Assembly (NCBI GenBank): GCA_965206645.1
Contig: CBDBKE010000004.1
Coordinates: 1,792,001-1,856,000 of the forward strand
DNA: 64,000 bases
Reading direction: 5' to 3'
Source: Terriglobia bacterium
GTDB taxonomy: Bacteria; Acidobacteriota; Terriglobia; JAJPHL01; JAPKYU01
This document shows, piece by piece, positions 61,186-64,000 of this stretch. A program made the position numbers and the translations under genes. Under the pieces are notes generated by a model. The model saw only the letters and a list, made by a program, of their open reading frames with translations, made no database searches and was not told where the DNA came from. Each line of letters starts with the position of its first letter. The stretch's first letter is position 1.

Positions 61186-62496
61186 CTAGCCGGAACCAGT
61201 CGAGAGAGGCGACGTTGGCACTGGGTAGGCGCACTGGATCAGGGTGCGTTGGGAGAAGGGCAGGTAGGCCAACCCGACAACGCAGGCCAGAGCTATCGCC
61301 CAAGGGATTTTCGGCACCAGCAGCAGGGGCGAGGAGGCCCACAGGGCGTCCAGCGCCAGCAGCGCGGGAAACAGCCGGCGGAACTTGACCCCGGTCTCGC
61401 GGTGGTCCAGCCCCACGGCCGAAAGCAGGTAAAGACGCACAGCAATCCCGCACATGGCCGAGACAATGACCAGGGGCAGGGTGAGCCAGGCGGGCATCAG
61501 CAGCACGCCTTCCAGAGTTTGTTCAACCGAATCGGTGTAGCGCAGGGCGGCGCCGTAGATGCTCAGGTAGCCCAATTGAATAACCAGCAGCAAGGCCCGA
61601 GCCACGCGGCGGGGCATGGGGAAAGGATCCGGTGGTGGTGGGATGGCACGCTCGCCGTCAGTTAGGGGGTGTTGGACCTGTTTCAAGTCCACCAGCAGTT
61701 CCCGCACCGACTGGTACCGCTCCCCCGGCCGCTTGCGAAGACACTTGTGGACGATGCGCTCCAGTTCCGCTGGAGCTTGGGGTAGCCAACGGGCCAGGCT
61801 GGGCGGGTCCTCTTTCAGGATGTTGCCAATCGTCGAGGGAGGGCTTTTGCCGACGAAGGGATGGCGTTGCGCGGCTATCTCGTACAGCGTCACACCAAAG
61901 GAAAAGATGTCGCTGCGGTGGTCCACATCCTCGGCCTGCAATTGTTCCGGAGACATGTAGTTGACAGTGCCCACGAGACGCCCGCCAAGCGTCGAACGAG
62001 TGGAGAGGTCGTTGTCGCCCAGCAGTTTGGCCACGCCAAAGTCCAGGATCTTCACTCCGTCGTCGGGGCCGTCGGGGCTAATCATCACGTTTTCCGGTTT
62101 CAAGTCCCGGTGAACAATCCCGGCTTTGTGTGCCGCGGCCAGACCTTCGGCGATGCGGATGAAGATGGATAGGATTTCCTGTAGGCGCAGGGTGCGCTTG
62201 CACATCAGCTCGCGCAGGTTGCTCCCCTCCACGTACTCGTAAACGATGAAGACCAAGTCGCCGACGATTTCAAAGTCGTGGACGGTGGCGATGACAGGGT
62301 GGTTCAGCGCCGAGGCGGCGCGCGCCTCGGTGGCCAGGCGCCGGCGCAGCGTGGGCTCGGCGACCGATTCGGGCAGCAGCATCTTTAGGGCGACCGCCCG
62401 GCCTAACCGCGTGTCCCTCGCCCGATAGACAACCCCCATGCCTCCCTGGCCGAGTTTTTCCTCGATCCGGTAGTGTGAAATGGTTTGTCCGACCAT
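61186..62496 (-). CDS. Hanks-type Ser/Thr protein kinase with about four C-terminal TM helices
   Basis: LGQGGMGVVY, VALK, HRDLKPEN, DFG, GTVNYMSPEQ, SDIFSFG; hydrophobic C-terminus. Confidence 0.92.
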   Translation of the reverse strand: MVGQTISHYRIEEKLGQGGMGVVYRARDTRLGRAVALKMLLPESVAEPTLRRRLATEARAASALNHPVIATVHDFEIVGDLVFIVYEYVEGSNLRELMCKRTLRLQEILSIFIRIAEGLAAAHKAGIVHRDLKPENVMISPDGPDDGVKILDFGVAKLLGDNDLSTRSTLGGRLVGTVNYMSPEQLQAEDVDHRSDIFSFGVTLYEIAAQRHPFVGKSPPSTIGNILKEDPPSLARWLPQAPAELERIVHKCLRKRPGERYQSVRELLVDLKQVQHPLTDGERAIPPPPDPFPMPRRVARALLLVIQLGYLSIYGAALRYTDSVEQTLEGVLLMPAWLTLPLVIVSAMCGIAVRLYLLSAVGLDHRETGVKFRRLFPALLALDALWASSPLLLVPKIPWAIALACVVGLAYLPFSQRTLIQCAYPVPTSPLSTGSG

Positions 62497-62794
62497 GACG
62501 AACAGGTGCTTTCTGTGCCGCCTCGGCGGTCCGGATCACCAACTTGTATGGCAATCGAGACTAACATAAGCTGGCAGATGACGCAGGGTGCAAGATGACC
62601 GGAGGCAGATGGGCGGGTCCGGCAGAGCCGGCCGTACGGACCTCGAATGCCTACAAGTCACGGAACGGCAGGTTCCATAACCGTCCACAGCGCGGTTTTC
62701 CCCGTTCGAGCTTTCAGACTTGCATTTGAAGCTAAAATGGCTCAGTATAAGCGGTTTGCAGGGAGTGCCGAATTTCAAGTCTGGCAGAGACTCC

Positions 62795-64000
62795 ATGGCT
62801 GAAACACCACCTGAAACAACGAACGCTGTGCCAGCGGGCCGGGAGACACCGGAACTGAGAAGCAATGGGCCGGGCGCCGACGGGAACCACAGCGGCAAAC
62901 TGATCGTCCTGACCGCGCCGCTAACGGAAACCATCGACCACGCCGGCTACTTCATCCAGATGGCCATGGCCTCCATGCCGATCTGGATGGAGTTTGTGTT
63001 GAACCGCAAGTACCCGAACTGGCGGGACGTGGAGTACAACGAGGATGGCACGGCGCGTTACATGCCGGCAGGCGTTCGGCTGCTGGAGAAGTCACTGCTG
63101 CGGGAGTTCCCCAGGGAAGACATGGCAGCCTGTTACCCGGACGACCTGGAGAAGTTCATTGGCCCCAATACCCGTATCGTGGCGGTTTCGACCCACAATC
63201 CCTTGGGGGTGACCTTCGCCGCTGGTGTCTACGCCTCCATCTTCGGCTCTTCGCGGTCCCCGATTAACTCCCACTACGCCAAACAACTCTTTTACAAGAT
63301 CAAGGAAAGCTCCCACCGGGACAATTTCAAGGTGATTGTCGGCGGCTCGGGTGGATGGCAGATCGCGCAAACCAACAGCTATGATGAGTTGAGCGTAGAT
63401 ACCGTCGTGGATGGCCGCAGCGAATCAACCGACACGCTGGCCCTGTTCCACCAAGCGATTCGCGGTGAAGCGCTGCCGCGGCAGGTGGAGGTGGCGCATC
63501 CCATGGCCCGCGACGAGATTCTCACTCCGGACGCCCGAACAACCTTTGGCGTGGTCGAGATGACCACCGGTTGTGGCCGCCGCTGCCAGTTCTGCCTGCC
63601 AGATTTGAATCCGGCACTGGACGTTCCCAAACAGAACATCATGGCCGCCGTGCAGGCCAACGTCCGGGACGGCAACAATCAGATCTCGCTGGCCACCGAA
63701 GACATGTTCATTTGGGGACAGATCCGGACCGATACGCCCTTCTTCTTTCCCAACCGCGAGGCATTGTTGGATCTGTACGGTGAGATCGTAAACACCCCGG
63801 GTGTCGAAAATCATGTCTTGAGCCATTGCACGATGGCGCCCTTCGTGGTGGATCCACTCTTGATCAAGAAGCTTTCCGAGATTCTGCTGCCGAAAAGTCC
63901 CATTCATCTGCCGCGCTTGAGCACCCACCCGCAGAAGAAGGCGATCTCCCCGCTGATCGGCCTGGAGACCGGCTCGGTCCGTACCGCCAAGAAGATCATG
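62795..64000 (+). CDS. Radical SAM protein with a B12-binding-like N-terminal region (3' partial; absent from the ORF track)
   Basis: ATG 62795, frame open to the window end; VAVSTHNPLG, VIVGGSGGWQ, VEMTTGCGRRCQFC (CxxxCxxC), IGLETGS. Confidence 0.85.
   Translation, partial: MAETPPETTNAVPAGRETPELRSNGPGADGNHSGKLIVLTAPLTETIDHAGYFIQMAMASMPIWMEFVLNRKYPNWRDVEYNEDGTARYMPAGVRLLEKSLLREFPREDMAACYPDDLEKFIGPNTRIVAVSTHNPLGVTFAAGVYASIFGSSRSPINSHYAKQLFYKIKESSHRDNFKVIVGGSGGWQIAQTNSYDELSVDTVVDGRSESTDTLALFHQAIRGEALPRQVEVAHPMARDEILTPDARTTFGVVEMTTGCGRRCQFCLPDLNPALDVPKQNIMAAVQANVRDGNNQISLATEDMFIWGQIRTDTPFFFPNREALLDLYGEIVNTPGVENHVLSHCTMAPFVVDPLLIKKLSEILLPKSPIHLPRLSTHPQKKAISPLIGLETGSVRTAKKIM

Overview
High-GC (roughly 60-65% by eye) bacterial chromosomal segment, most likely Acidobacteriota (TIGR03437-type domain, fabZ-lpxA-lpxI-Gfo/Idh/MocA-tonB-miaA order). 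The backbone is housekeeping: glycogen/trehalose (GH57, treY), tRNA modification (tsaB, miaA, miaB), lipid A (fabZ, two lpxA, lpxI, lpxD), acs, mrp, cstA, alaX, thrC. It is interrupted by three complete IS3-family elements, one IS1380 element and an IS30 remnant; ends and target duplications could be read directly for three of them, and two IS-split orphan genes can be rebuilt in frame. Most notable: (1) a POTRA-less Omp85 barrel next to an exported protein with kinase-like motifs; (2) a c-di-GMP locus with REC-PilZ-coiled coil-GGDEF and a GGDEF-less paralogue, plus HD-GYP and a histidine kinase remnant; (3) a 1.19-kb integrase-free D-aminopeptidase cassette bounded by a duplicated tonB 3' end, with an uncalled 33-aa membrane ORF coupled to the displaced stop; (4) many short tandem duplications, one of which (44 bp) frameshifts thrC. 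I saw no rRNA, tRNA, CRISPR array or prophage. All product calls come from motif recognition only; no searches were run.
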